Shown piece after piece: positions 47,778 to 56,617 of a stretch of 64,000 nucleotides of DNA. The translations under genes and the position numbers were made by a program. Where the stretch lies: IMG/VR virus record IMGVR_UViG_3300031413_000003, positions 32,001-96,000 of that record. One strand, 5' to 3'. Within the stretch, counting starts at the first letter, position 1, and every line of letters starts with the position of its first letter. The notes beneath the pieces were generated by a model. The model was not told the DNA's origin. It made no database searches and was given only the letters and a program-made list of their open reading frames with translations. Origin of the DNA: a virus.

Positions 47778-48362
47778 TTATTCTTCCTCTTCTTCGTAAA
47801 CCCCACGGATCATTAACGGTAAATTAGAAATAACTTTCCGCCAGTTCTCTTCCGTACTAGTTACAGCATCGGTGATAGTGAAGGGTTCTTTGTTAATGAA
47901 CACGCTTTCAATGCCGTTGTCACCTACCAGAATGATGTACTCTTTTCGGTCAGTGATTAAAACCGTGCCCGCAATGTTGATGTCTTTGATAAAGCTACCT
48001 GACACAACTCCCTCAGCTAAAGGGCCCTCATTAGTGAATTCGTCGGTGTGGTAGAAACTTTTGATTTCGTCAGAAGACGTTTCAAATTCCACAGAACCTT
48101 GTTTGTTCTTTATAACAAAGAAGATGTGACCAAACACATTGCGACGAATGAAACAACCAGTGCACCAAGGCATGTGCTGGTACCATTCAATCGGTAGGGG
48201 GAGAGTTGCTGACTCTTCGAACTCCGCTTGTTCCAGCAACAGAATTAAACGGAACACAGACATAGAGGAGTCGTTAATCTCTATGTTGCGCAGATAAAAG
48301 AAATCCAGGTTTTCATTTTGAATTTCAATATCAATCGTGCTTTTTACTGTTTTGATCGGCAT
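47778..48362 (-). CDS. Hypothetical protein, paralog of 47131-47772
   Basis: 194 aa; TVKS...LRNI...LPLPIEWYQ...LITDR. Confidence 0.75.
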   Translation of the reverse strand: MPIKTVKSTIDIEIQNENLDFFYLRNIEINDSSMSVFRLILLLEQAEFEESATLPLPIEWYQHMPWCTGCFIRRNVFGHIFFVIKNKQGSVEFETSSDEIKSFYHTDEFTNEGPLAEGVVSGSFIKDINIAGTVLITDRKEYIILVGDNGIESVFINKEPFTITDAVTSTEENWRKVISNLPLMIRGVYEEEEE

Positions 48363-48454
48363 TTGTATTTGTCCCTTTACCTAGGTTGATAAGTGTTATA
48401 ATCTTTCTAATGCGGTATTCAAAAGACCTGATCGATGATATTACATCCATCCCC

Positions 48455-48808
48455 TTAGCTGATTGGTTTCACTCTTTCTTTATGTAAAAGCTCGAGTTCA
48501 TCCTCAGTGATAACGCGGACCTTGACTAGCGTTCTTCCCTGGAGAATAGCGCTGCAAAGACGATGATAACCATCGAGTACAACCCAACGGCGTGGAATGG
48601 TCTGTTCTGTAACAATCAACGGGTACACAGTTTTAGCACGACCAATGCGCCCCGCGTCTAATTCAGACATGCCCCCGATAATCCAATCCAGCTGTGCTAT
48701 CTTCATTTCACGCATGGGTTTGTTTTCTGTGGCGTCCAGTAAATCATCTACAAAGAAATCACGTCCTTCATGATGAACATAACTGTTTGCGCCTTCACGG
48801 TACTTCAT
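48455..48808 (-). CDS. Stand-alone ParB/Sulfiredoxin-like domain protein
   Basis: YPLIV...VVLDGYHRL...G...VKVRVI signature; ATG 48808 coupled by ATGA. Confidence 0.75.
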   Translation of the reverse strand: MKYREGANSYVHHEGRDFFVDDLLDATENKPMREMKIAQLDWIIGGMSELDAGRIGRAKTVYPLIVTEQTIPRRWVVLDGYHRLCSAILQGRTLVKVRVITEDELELLHKERVKPIS

Positions 48809-49071
48809 CTTCTCTTCTTGCACGGTCTTCCCCTGCGGCGTGATGAACACACTGCGTGTTTAGGTGGGATATTTTTAGGTTGGTAACCCCAATGATTGTA
48901 GTAATAAGTATCTCGCTGTTTAATGCAGATAGTGCGATATACATTATAGGTTTCCTTTAAATGGGAGCCGATAACCCTCCCCATGTCTGGAAATCCTACA
49001 AACACGACCTCGATAGCAGCTTGCACATCTGGATCGAGTTCTTCATCAAGACAAACTACTTCATCATCCAT
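48805..49071 (-). CDS. Small hypothetical protein (possibly a detached C-terminus of 49080-49664)
   Basis: ORF fills the gap; weak SD. Confidence 0.5.
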   Translation of the reverse strand: MDDEVVCLDEELDPDVQAAIEVVFVGFPDMGRVIGSHLKETYNVYRTICIKQRDTYYYNHWGYQPKNIPPKHAVCSSRRRGRPCKKRR

Positions 49072-49079
49072 AGCAACTC

Positions 49080-49664
49080 TCAATAATAATGTGTGAAAGG
49101 AAGCGCGCCTGCGTTAATATGTCTGTGTTTGACAAACAGTGGAGTCGACACATACTTAGCACTTTTACGCCGATGCCAACGCTTTAAACGCTTACGCACA
49201 CTAGCGCTCTTCACGACGTGCTGAACGACACAAACTGCATCAGGGACAATCTCTGTAGCCTCAATACCCCAACGCGCTAAGAACGCTTTGTAGAAGCCCT
49301 GGAAGTCATACCCCTGAGGAACGTACCCGTTACCACCGTAATCACCGATTTCCATTTCATCCAGGTTGTATCCGAGTTCATGTAACTTCCACACTGTCAC
49401 CACTGAAGTCTGATAACCCTGTGGATACAGCGTGTCATAGGCGATCCCGTCAACCTCTAGCCACGCATGTAAACAGTGTGAGTACAGGCGGGGTTTAAGT
49501 TGATAAACCTGCTTCAGTACTTGACCGGCTAAATGCGCTACAACATAGCACTGTCCGGTGTTAAGTATCTTAACGGTTTTACAAAGATCAGGGATGTCGA
49601 AATAACGTTGGTAGAACAACACGATATCGTTCATCACCAACTCAACGATTTTCTTCTTGTTCAC
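49080..49664 (-). CDS. Putative transglutaminase/papain-like (Cys-His-Asp) protein
   Basis: NTGQCYVVAHL ... HAWLEVDGIAYD pattern. Confidence 0.55.
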   Translation of the reverse strand: MNKKKIVELVMNDIVLFYQRYFDIPDLCKTVKILNTGQCYVVAHLAGQVLKQVYQLKPRLYSHCLHAWLEVDGIAYDTLYPQGYQTSVVTVWKLHELGYNLDEMEIGDYGGNGYVPQGYDFQGFYKAFLARWGIEATEIVPDAVCVVQHVVKSASVRKRLKRWHRRKSAKYVSTPLFVKHRHINAGALPFTHYY

Positions 49665-50108
49665 TCAGTAACCTCGCCGGGAGTTATTGGTTTTGCGGAA
49701 GTGAGTATCGTTAACTTGCACACCGCCTTTACGATGAGCGGCGAACTTCCGGTTCTTCACTTTACGCGGCCTACCCTTGGGATAATAAGCGACCAGACTT
49801 CCACAAGCACCATATACCCATTTACTGTCAATCTCCGGGTGGAACCTGTCAAAGTCCGCTTTCGCCTGCAACATGAATTCAATTTCCAGCGCACGATTGT
49901 AGTCCCATGAAACACGATCGATCTCACCAGTGACATTAACCTCACCGATTTTAACCACTTCAAATTTGGCGATGTTATTTTTGAATTCAGCCGTGATAAT
50001 AGAACCGGTATCCCGGACTTCTTTTTTCAGGAACTCAGCGAACTGATCTTTTTGATAACCGTGCCGGGCCATAAGGCCCAGCAAAGCTCCCATCACTTGA
50101 TCTTCCAT
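49665..50108 (-). CDS. Hypothetical protein with basic C-terminus
   Basis: ATG 50108 after AAGGTG; tail RPRKVKNRKFAAHRKGG...SRRGY. Confidence 0.7.
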   Translation of the reverse strand: MEDQVMGALLGLMARHGYQKDQFAEFLKKEVRDTGSIITAEFKNNIAKFEVVKIGEVNVTGEIDRVSWDYNRALEIEFMLQAKADFDRFHPEIDSKWVYGACGSLVAYYPKGRPRKVKNRKFAAHRKGGVQVNDTHFRKTNNSRRGY

Positions 50109-50116
50109 AGTCACCT

Positions 50117-50797
50117 TTAAGAACAGTAAAGTTTATAAACTTGTTCGATCGCTTGAGTTAACCGGATGCGGTCATCAACAGTGCGACAGATTTCGTGAAT
50201 CAGGTTCTGGTTAATCTGCCAGCCAATACCTGGGTAAGATTTCCACATGTAGCCGTCAGTGCCACATTTCTCCTGCATGTGTTCAAACACTTCCTGTAAC
50301 ATCTGTTCAACATCCGGTGTCTTGCCTTCAGCTTGACGGAACACAATACAGCGACGAATCATTTCGTTGAGGTTAGGCTCACCGCGATCGGCCAGTGCGA
50401 CGTAATCACTCTGGTAGGAGGTGCGAGGTTTATCCCAGCTCGCTCGGTGTTCCAAGCAGGTATTTGCGATTACTAATGCATCTACCTCGTCAAACATATC
50501 CGTGGCAAATTCGTTCAGCATCTTAAATGCCAGACCGAAAGAAATCACGTGGTGGTGTTCGCGGTTATAACGACACCCCAGGTCATGCATCAAACAACCT
50601 GCCAAAATAATGGAACGGTCATGGGAGCTGACGTTACCCTGAGTCAACTGCAGACCGTAACGACAAACGTTGAAAACGTGATCCACATTATGCGCGGGAT
50701 CATTATGGAGAATACTTTCGTAACACGCCTTGATCAGTGCCTTCGGCAACAGTTTTTCCAACGCGGTGTAATACATTTCCAATGAAATATTTTTCAT
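50117..50797 (-). CDS. HD-domain metal-dependent phosphohydrolase
   Basis: AHNVDHVFNV, LMHDLG, HH, CLEHRAS, VALADRG. Confidence 0.85.
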   Translation of the reverse strand: MKNISLEMYYTALEKLLPKALIKACYESILHNDPAHNVDHVFNVCRYGLQLTQGNVSSHDRSIILAGCLMHDLGCRYNREHHHVISFGLAFKMLNEFATDMFDEVDALVIANTCLEHRASWDKPRTSYQSDYVALADRGEPNLNEMIRRCIVFRQAEGKTPDVEQMLQEVFEHMQEKCGTDGYMWKSYPGIGWQINQNLIHEICRTVDDRIRLTQAIEQVYKLYCS

Positions 50798-50823
50798 ACT
50801 ACTTTCCTTTATGAGGTTGGTTA

Positions 50824-50850
50824 CTGCCTAGATAATATAGAGTTAAAAAA
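50824..50850 (-). promoter_or_regulatory. Putative early promoter, copy 6
   Basis: Minus strand TTTTTTAACTCTATATTATCTAGGCAG upstream of the HD gene. Confidence 0.65.
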
Positions 50851-50894
50851 TAATCGACTAGAAGATAAGGTGTTCAGTTAAAAGACATGGATAA

Positions 50895-50924
50895 CTAACT
50901 ACCTGCCGCAAGGCAGGTAGTTAG
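50895..50924 (-). terminator. Hairpin terminator of the tail-fibre cluster
   Basis: CTAACTACCTGCC-GCAA-GGCAGGTAGTTAG. Confidence 0.7.
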
Positions 50925-50937
50925 AGGTTATAAAAGC

Positions 50938-51537
50938 TTACGAAGCGGCCGGAGTAGATTCACCACCGGTTGAACCACCTGCGTCACTACCGGTTCCAGT
51001 ATCGGTGTCAGAACCGCCTTCACTGGGGGTGGGAGTTTCTACCGGATCCAATACCGTAGACGGCCAACCGTTATCCAGCATGGTGATATCAAACGCATCC
51101 GCGTCAATCAGTTCACGGATATCTTTTTCGTGAGCATAACACGCCAAAGTATATTCCATGACTTTATTGAACAACGCCTTCATCTCTTCCAACGTCAACT
51201 GGACATAACTGCCGTCTTGGAGTTTGAAGTCAGTGGATGCTGGCGCGTATTGAATGAGTGCCATCAGCGCCATACGAGCACGATCATCTGTGTCGTAAAC
51301 CTTGCCGCCCCACGTTACACCCATTTCTTCGCGCGCCAGGCGATTGACTTCAACCTGCGCAATATAACGTGCGCGATTCAACACCCACGCGTATTGCCCG
51401 AAGTTCCAGTCCCACAGCGAAGAGTATTCGTCGGGCTTTTTGGTGCACTCCGCGTAACCCCATGGTGACATATTGTCCGCGCTGGGCGTATAATCGGATC
51501 CGTCATAACGAATCCAGTAACGCATGCTATCGTCCAT
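50938..51537 (-). CDS. Tail fibre assembly/chaperone-like protein (DUF4376-like)
   Basis: GVTWGGKVYDTDDRAR...FKLQDGSYVQLTLEEM...ACYAHE...GWP pattern; downstream of the fibres; Gly/Ser/Thr tail. Confidence 0.7.
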   Translation of the reverse strand: MDDSMRYWIRYDGSDYTPSADNMSPWGYAECTKKPDEYSSLWDWNFGQYAWVLNRARYIAQVEVNRLAREEMGVTWGGKVYDTDDRARMALMALIQYAPASTDFKLQDGSYVQLTLEEMKALFNKVMEYTLACYAHEKDIRELIDADAFDITMLDNGWPSTVLDPVETPTPSEGGSDTDTGTGSDAGGSTGGESTPAAS

Positions 51538-51560
51538 CTTTACTCCCTTGTCAATGATAC

Positions 51561-53966
51561 TTATAAGAACTGGTAAGCCAGTTTGTAATTGCCCGCTGTC
51601 ACTGTTTTGAAACTCAACACACCCACACCGCGCGCAATTTCAACTTCCGCAGGTGTTTGCAACTTCCAGTTAGAACGGAGGTCACCTGTCACACTCGCGA
51701 AACTGAAAACGGATGCAGTCACTGCCGCGCCGTTTACCAACACACCCACAAAACCCAGATTGTCAACTTTGTCGTTATACAACAATGCCAAGTTAGCCGC
51801 CGTTAACGCATTCAATACCGTACGCTTGTTGCCTTTACTTAACAAGGTAGCGGTGTCAGTAGGAATGTCACCTGTTAATGCTAAGGTGTCCCATGACGTG
51901 CCGTTCCAGGTGAAGTAATCAGTGCCGTTGCGCGTGACCGCCAAATAAAGCTCACCACCCGTTTGCGCATTGAAACTGAACGTTAAAGCCGAAAGCTTTT
52001 GGTAATTACTAATGGCAAAAGGTGCTTTGGTTTTAAAGAATCCGTTCACAGGCGTTACGGTTAATTTCACAGGCGATGCACCGGTGGAAACAACGTCCAG
52101 TGGTAACAGACTCGCGACCGAGGCAGTAGTCTTCGTCGGCAAACTAGAAAAGCCAGCACCTGATACGACGCCTGATGCGGCAATGGTTGTTAACGCATTG
52201 CTTGCATTTAACGTGTAATAGACACCGTTTTTATCGCGTAAGAAAAGGTTCTTCTCAACAGCGAAGGTAAATGTCAGTTCATCAACACGCAACCAGCTAG
52301 CGGTACTGTCCGCTTTCGTGATTAACATGCGATAGCTTTTGTATGCTTTGTTCGCCGTTAAGGTGAAATCCATCCGGGCCGTGCGGGACGGAGTGTAGTT
52401 GGTTTTGGTGTCCAGATCTGTCCAGGTGTTGTCATCATTACGCCCTTGGATTTTCCAGCTGGATGGGGCGTTACCGTCACCATTTAAAGAGGTTAAAGAA
52501 TAACCAATCGGAATGTTGTTCCAAGTTGAAGGCGGGGTAATCATCAACCACTGAGGGTTTGCATCGGTGGGAGCCCCGGTGCCACTTTGACTACACCAGT
52601 AACTTCCACTTCCCGTGGTGCCGTTAAAGGCTCTGAACACATCATACCCCACACTATAAATCGATGAACCAGAAACCGTAATACCGTTTTCTGAATTCGA
52701 AGAAACCAGATACGGTAACGTTGCACCCTGGGTAGAGTCGAGTTTGAAGTCACTACCGTTGAGCTTTAACCCCGCACGGTATAGAGATCCTTCTTTACTC
52801 ATCGTCAAGGTTTCGCCGATATACAAGCTCAGACCATTGTTAAAAACCAGGTTCGGAGTTTGGTCGTAATTGCCGGCGTTGCCCACTGGGAACGTTTCGA
52901 TTGGGGTAATCTGTCCGGTTGCGCCTGCGATTTCTTTTAGTGCGTAAGCAGCAAAAGAGTACGAGCCATTTTCCTGGAACCCGAAATTGTGCGTTTGCCC
53001 TGCGATGGCATTTTGACGATCAGCCACAATAAATGCAGCTAAAGGTGTTCCGCCGTTTAACAGGTCAATCGTTACTTTCTTGGTGTTGGGGTCAGTGGTT
53101 AAAGAGATACCACGCCCTGGAACCAGGTTCTTAGAAGACGATTGTGATAACGCATCGGCTAGCAGGTTAACGTCAGTGATCTCGTGTTTATGGACTTTAG
53201 CTGCCGCCCCCAGATCATCAGGAACCAAAGTAAGGTTGCCTGCACCCAACAGCGACTTGCCCGCTAACGTAAGCAGATTAGTACCGCTAACCAGTTTATC
53301 CTGCTTGGCCGACCATCCTGCTTTTTCGGTAGGAGAAGTAAAGACACGGGTCGCGGTTTCAGTGATTTGATCAGCAGTGTAATCTCCTGACTGAGCCGTG
53401 ATATTACCTGTGCGATTGAAAACACGACTTACGCCAGAAACTGTAGCGGCCTGGCCCTGTACCCAATTACCCGCAACGGCGGGATCCAAATTACCATTCA
53501 GGTAGAACAAAGTATCGATGTCTACCTGAGCTGCAATGGTTAAGTTAGACGTTTTAGGTAAAGCCAAACGAGCTGCCTGATTTGCCACTGCAACGTAGCT
53601 GCTTTGAATCAGATCCAGGTACATCGACGGGATCTTTCCAGACGCATCTAACAATACGGCGCCGTTGGGTAAATTAGCACCCTGTAATTGCAGATAACGC
53701 CCGTCACCATCTGCAGCTTTTAAATACTGAGGATGAGCGTCGGGATCCACCGAGTGCTGAGAGATCTTGTTAGCCGCATCACCTTTAGGGTCGGCACCTA
53801 CATCAGCTGGACCGAGCTGGTTAATTTTTTCGTTAAGGAATTTGGTACGGTTAGCTAAAGCAATCCCTTGTTTGTTAGCCGCACCATTCAGACCACCCAA
53901 GACCGATTCACCCACCTCGATAAGGGGAACCGTGTCAAAAGTGCTTTTATCAACAATATCTGTCAT
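51561..53966 (-). CDS. Tail fibre protein 1 with discoidin/F5-8 type C (CBM32-like) domain
   Basis: N-terminal VLGGLNGAANKQGIALANRTKFL attachment motif; DPDAHPQY, LDASGKIP, VFNRTG fibre motifs; discoidin AFNG...W...PQWL...APSSWKIQG...YKSYRM. Confidence 0.8.
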   Translation of the reverse strand: MTDIVDKSTFDTVPLIEVGESVLGGLNGAANKQGIALANRTKFLNEKINQLGPADVGADPKGDAANKISQHSVDPDAHPQYLKAADGDGRYLQLQGANLPNGAVLLDASGKIPSMYLDLIQSSYVAVANQAARLALPKTSNLTIAAQVDIDTLFYLNGNLDPAVAGNWVQGQAATVSGVSRVFNRTGNITAQSGDYTADQITETATRVFTSPTEKAGWSAKQDKLVSGTNLLTLAGKSLLGAGNLTLVPDDLGAAAKVHKHEITDVNLLADALSQSSSKNLVPGRGISLTTDPNTKKVTIDLLNGGTPLAAFIVADRQNAIAGQTHNFGFQENGSYSFAAYALKEIAGATGQITPIETFPVGNAGNYDQTPNLVFNNGLSLYIGETLTMSKEGSLYRAGLKLNGSDFKLDSTQGATLPYLVSSNSENGITVSGSSIYSVGYDVFRAFNGTTGSGSYWCSQSGTGAPTDANPQWLMITPPSTWNNIPIGYSLTSLNGDGNAPSSWKIQGRNDDNTWTDLDTKTNYTPSRTARMDFTLTANKAYKSYRMLITKADSTASWLRVDELTFTFAVEKNLFLRDKNGVYYTLNASNALTTIAASGVVSGAGFSSLPTKTTASVASLLPLDVVSTGASPVKLTVTPVNGFFKTKAPFAISNYQKLSALTFSFNAQTGGELYLAVTRNGTDYFTWNGTSWDTLALTGDIPTDTATLLSKGNKRTVLNALTAANLALLYNDKVDNLGFVGVLVNGAAVTASVFSFASVTGDLRSNWKLQTPAEVEIARGVGVLSFKTVTAGNYKLAYQFL

Positions 53967-54037
53967 AGTGCTTTCCTGGTTTAATATTTATGGTGTACAT
54001 AGGATTTTGTAAGGTGGAGGGGTCCCCACCTTATAGG

Positions 54038-55912
54038 TTAAGGAATCTGGTAACCCAGAATATAATCGCCCGCGGCTATTGTTTTAAAAGTCAAACCAGC
54101 ACGGTTCCAACGGATCTCTACTTCTGCCGGTGTCTGTAACTTATAGACGTTGACATTGTCGACATTCACCGCCGCACTGTTAAGTGTTACTGTGTCAGTC
54201 AAGGTTGGTTTAAGCAGACCAAATGCAAAGCCTAAGTAATCTGGCATCCCACCCATATCAGCATAGAAGCTCGCCCACTGTGCTTTGGTAATCGCATTGA
54301 TTTGAGCAAGAGTCATTCCGTTGCTTTGCATCAAGTTAGCGCCCGCCTGATCAAAGGTTAGTGTTACCTTGACCCACGCACCACTGCCGTCGAGGTAGAA
54401 GTAGTCAGTGAGGTTACGTGTTAACATCCCTTTGATGACACCGTTGTTGGTCACAGAACCCGTTACCGTCATGCTGTTAATAACCTGCCACTGTGTGCCG
54501 GCAATCAACGACTTCATGGTCATCAATCTACTCAGATACAGTGAACGTGTCGTGATGGTTTGTTGAGACAAAGAAACGATCTGAGTAATGCCGGCGGCTG
54601 CCAAGTCAGATTGTTTAATGGCGCCTGAGCTACCAAATGCATTGCTGTTAAACAGAGCATCTGTGCTGGCATCAACCTGTGTCAATGTACCATTAACCGC
54701 TTTATAGAACGTGCTCTTGTCGGTAGTTGAGAGCAATCCCGTTTTGCTGGTAAAGATCTGCATACGGCGAATGTAGACAAATTTACTGTTGCCCACGCCC
54801 GCTGACGCATACACCAAAATGCGATAACTGGAATACGGCGTCTGATCCACAACAGGAATCTTGACTACCGCACCGGCATTAACATTGCTGTTGGTTTGTT
54901 CAGCATCAATGTTGACCCACGTTGTCCCGTCGTTAGAACCCTGGAACTGGAATGACGACGGTGTAGCCATGTCACCATTCATGCGGTTCTGGAAAGAGTA
55001 GGCGTTGATCTTAACCGCCTTGTCCATCTTGATGCCAAGCCATTGAGGTGCTGATCGTGTCGGGACACTTGCAGAAGCCCAACCTTCTTCACCACTGCTC
55101 CCCGTCGCCATGTCAGAAAACGCATGCCATTGGGGGAAGCTGATGCCAGTATTCCAGGCGCTTGAAGCGATAGCCTGGAATGCCGCGTTACCGGTGTTCG
55201 AAGTTAAGACTGGAACATAACCTGAACTGTCGAAATCGATAACAATCTTGTCACCTGCCAAAGGAATACCGGTGGTATAAAAACGAGTGTTGTCGTAGTT
55301 TAAGGCCACTGTGTATAAGTTTTCCAGGTTAACACCGCTACTGGTGAACTGAACCCCACCCATGATGTTGTAACGTCCCACGGCTGCAGCGTTAAACACG
55401 TCCAGTGTTAAGTTCTGATTCGCGGCTCCCGCTTCTTTTTTCAAGGCGTAAGCCTGGTACTTGTACGAGTTAATTGCTTGGGTAACAAAAGAAAACGTCT
55501 GTCCCGCCACTGCGCCGTTGCGTTCAAAGGTCAGAAAGTCGTTGGCACCCGGCATGTCCGCCAACTGCTTAGCCGCAATCAGAATCTGATTCTTAGCCGG
55601 ATCATAACCAATCGTAACACCTGCACCCGGTTTAATAATCTTGGTCATTAAGTCACTGACGTGAGGATCCAAATCGGTGACATCTGCTGAGACGTGTAAA
55701 TGAGCCGCCTTAGCTGCTCCAATTTTGTCCGGCGTTGTATTTGCAATATCGGTCGCGTTTTTCTCTGCGGCTGCTTTTAAGAACTGTGTGCGGTTAGCTA
55801 AAGCAATAGCTTGCTTGTTTGCCGCGCCATCAGCGCCACCTTTCACCTGATCGCCGACATCGATCAATGGAACATCATCGAAAGTGCCGGTAGGTGTGAT
55901 ATTTGTTGCCAT
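54038..55912 (-). CDS. Tail fibre protein 2 with discoidin-like domain, paralog of fibre 1
   Basis: VKGGADGAANKQAIALANRTQFL; HLHVSADVTDL; PQWL...PSSFQFQGSNDGTTW...YSSYRI; shared C-terminal KLQTPAEVEI. Confidence 0.8.
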   Translation of the reverse strand: MATNITPTGTFDDVPLIDVGDQVKGGADGAANKQAIALANRTQFLKAAAEKNATDIANTTPDKIGAAKAAHLHVSADVTDLDPHVSDLMTKIIKPGAGVTIGYDPAKNQILIAAKQLADMPGANDFLTFERNGAVAGQTFSFVTQAINSYKYQAYALKKEAGAANQNLTLDVFNAAAVGRYNIMGGVQFTSSGVNLENLYTVALNYDNTRFYTTGIPLAGDKIVIDFDSSGYVPVLTSNTGNAAFQAIASSAWNTGISFPQWHAFSDMATGSSGEEGWASASVPTRSAPQWLGIKMDKAVKINAYSFQNRMNGDMATPSSFQFQGSNDGTTWVNIDAEQTNSNVNAGAVVKIPVVDQTPYSSYRILVYASAGVGNSKFVYIRRMQIFTSKTGLLSTTDKSTFYKAVNGTLTQVDASTDALFNSNAFGSSGAIKQSDLAAAGITQIVSLSQQTITTRSLYLSRLMTMKSLIAGTQWQVINSMTVTGSVTNNGVIKGMLTRNLTDYFYLDGSGAWVKVTLTFDQAGANLMQSNGMTLAQINAITKAQWASFYADMGGMPDYLGFAFGLLKPTLTDTVTLNSAAVNVDNVNVYKLQTPAEVEIRWNRAGLTFKTIAAGDYILGYQIP

Positions 55913-55931
55913 GATGTTCTTTCCTCAATGC

Positions 55932-56519
55932 TTAGTAAGTCATGGTGCCGTCGTATTTGTAAGTTCCGTCATAAAGAAACTCAGTGATAGCGGACTGTAA
56001 GATTTTGATGGTGTCGACAAATGTTTTGGCTGCGACTAAAACTTCAGCGCCGTTGTTCAATTTGGTAAACGTCGCGTCGGTTAAATCAAACAAACACGCC
56101 GCCTTAATAACAGCAATGCCGTCGTCGTAAAGACTGGTAGGTGCGCGTACAACAACTGCACAAGCAACACGTGCCGGCGAAAAGTTCGTGTCATTATAGA
56201 AGTAAAGACCCGTCTTGTTTTTGCTTGTCAGATCCGCTTCATTAACAGGTGTAGCATCTGCTGGCTTTGAAACCAGTGGACTGGCAAAATCCAGGGTGTA
56301 ATACTTTTGAGCATGGGCGACGAGTTTCTTTGTTACATCCATGTCAACGGTTTGCTGAACGGGACCATCGGCGATTTGAGTCGACTGCCAGTTAGAAAAG
56401 GTGATATCGGACAGGGAGAGGTTATTCAGAATGTTGAGAGAGAAGGGGTCGTTCTTATAACGCTCTTTGTTGATCAACAGGAAACGATCCAAGAAAAGCT
56501 GAAGGGGATTACCGCTCAT
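55932..56519 (-). CDS. Probable tail/baseplate-associated protein with YDG tail
   Basis: C-terminus YDGTYKYDGTMTY; N-terminal module shared with 35399-36052. Confidence 0.7.
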   Translation of the reverse strand: MSGNPLQLFLDRFLLINKERYKNDPFSLNILNNLSLSDITFSNWQSTQIADGPVQQTVDMDVTKKLVAHAQKYYTLDFASPLVSKPADATPVNEADLTSKNKTGLYFYNDTNFSPARVACAVVVRAPTSLYDDGIAVIKAACLFDLTDATFTKLNNGAEVLVAAKTFVDTIKILQSAITEFLYDGTYKYDGTMTY

Positions 56520-56617
56520 GTGAACCTCTTGTGTGTATAAATAAAGGAGACTAAGACATAAAATTCAGGACATGAAAGAAATAACCCCGAGGTTTCCCCC
56601 AGGGCTATTTTTAAAAG

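Noticed and set aside
18398-50924. CRISPR array or IS ends from the repeated GCAA hairpins
   Set aside because: Copies are single, kilobases apart, without spacers, transposase or target duplications; they sit at gene ends.
51561-55912. Invertible tail-fibre switch (Gin/Cin or shufflon type)
   Set aside because: Fibres are in direct orientation, with no invertase gene or inverted crossover sites seen.
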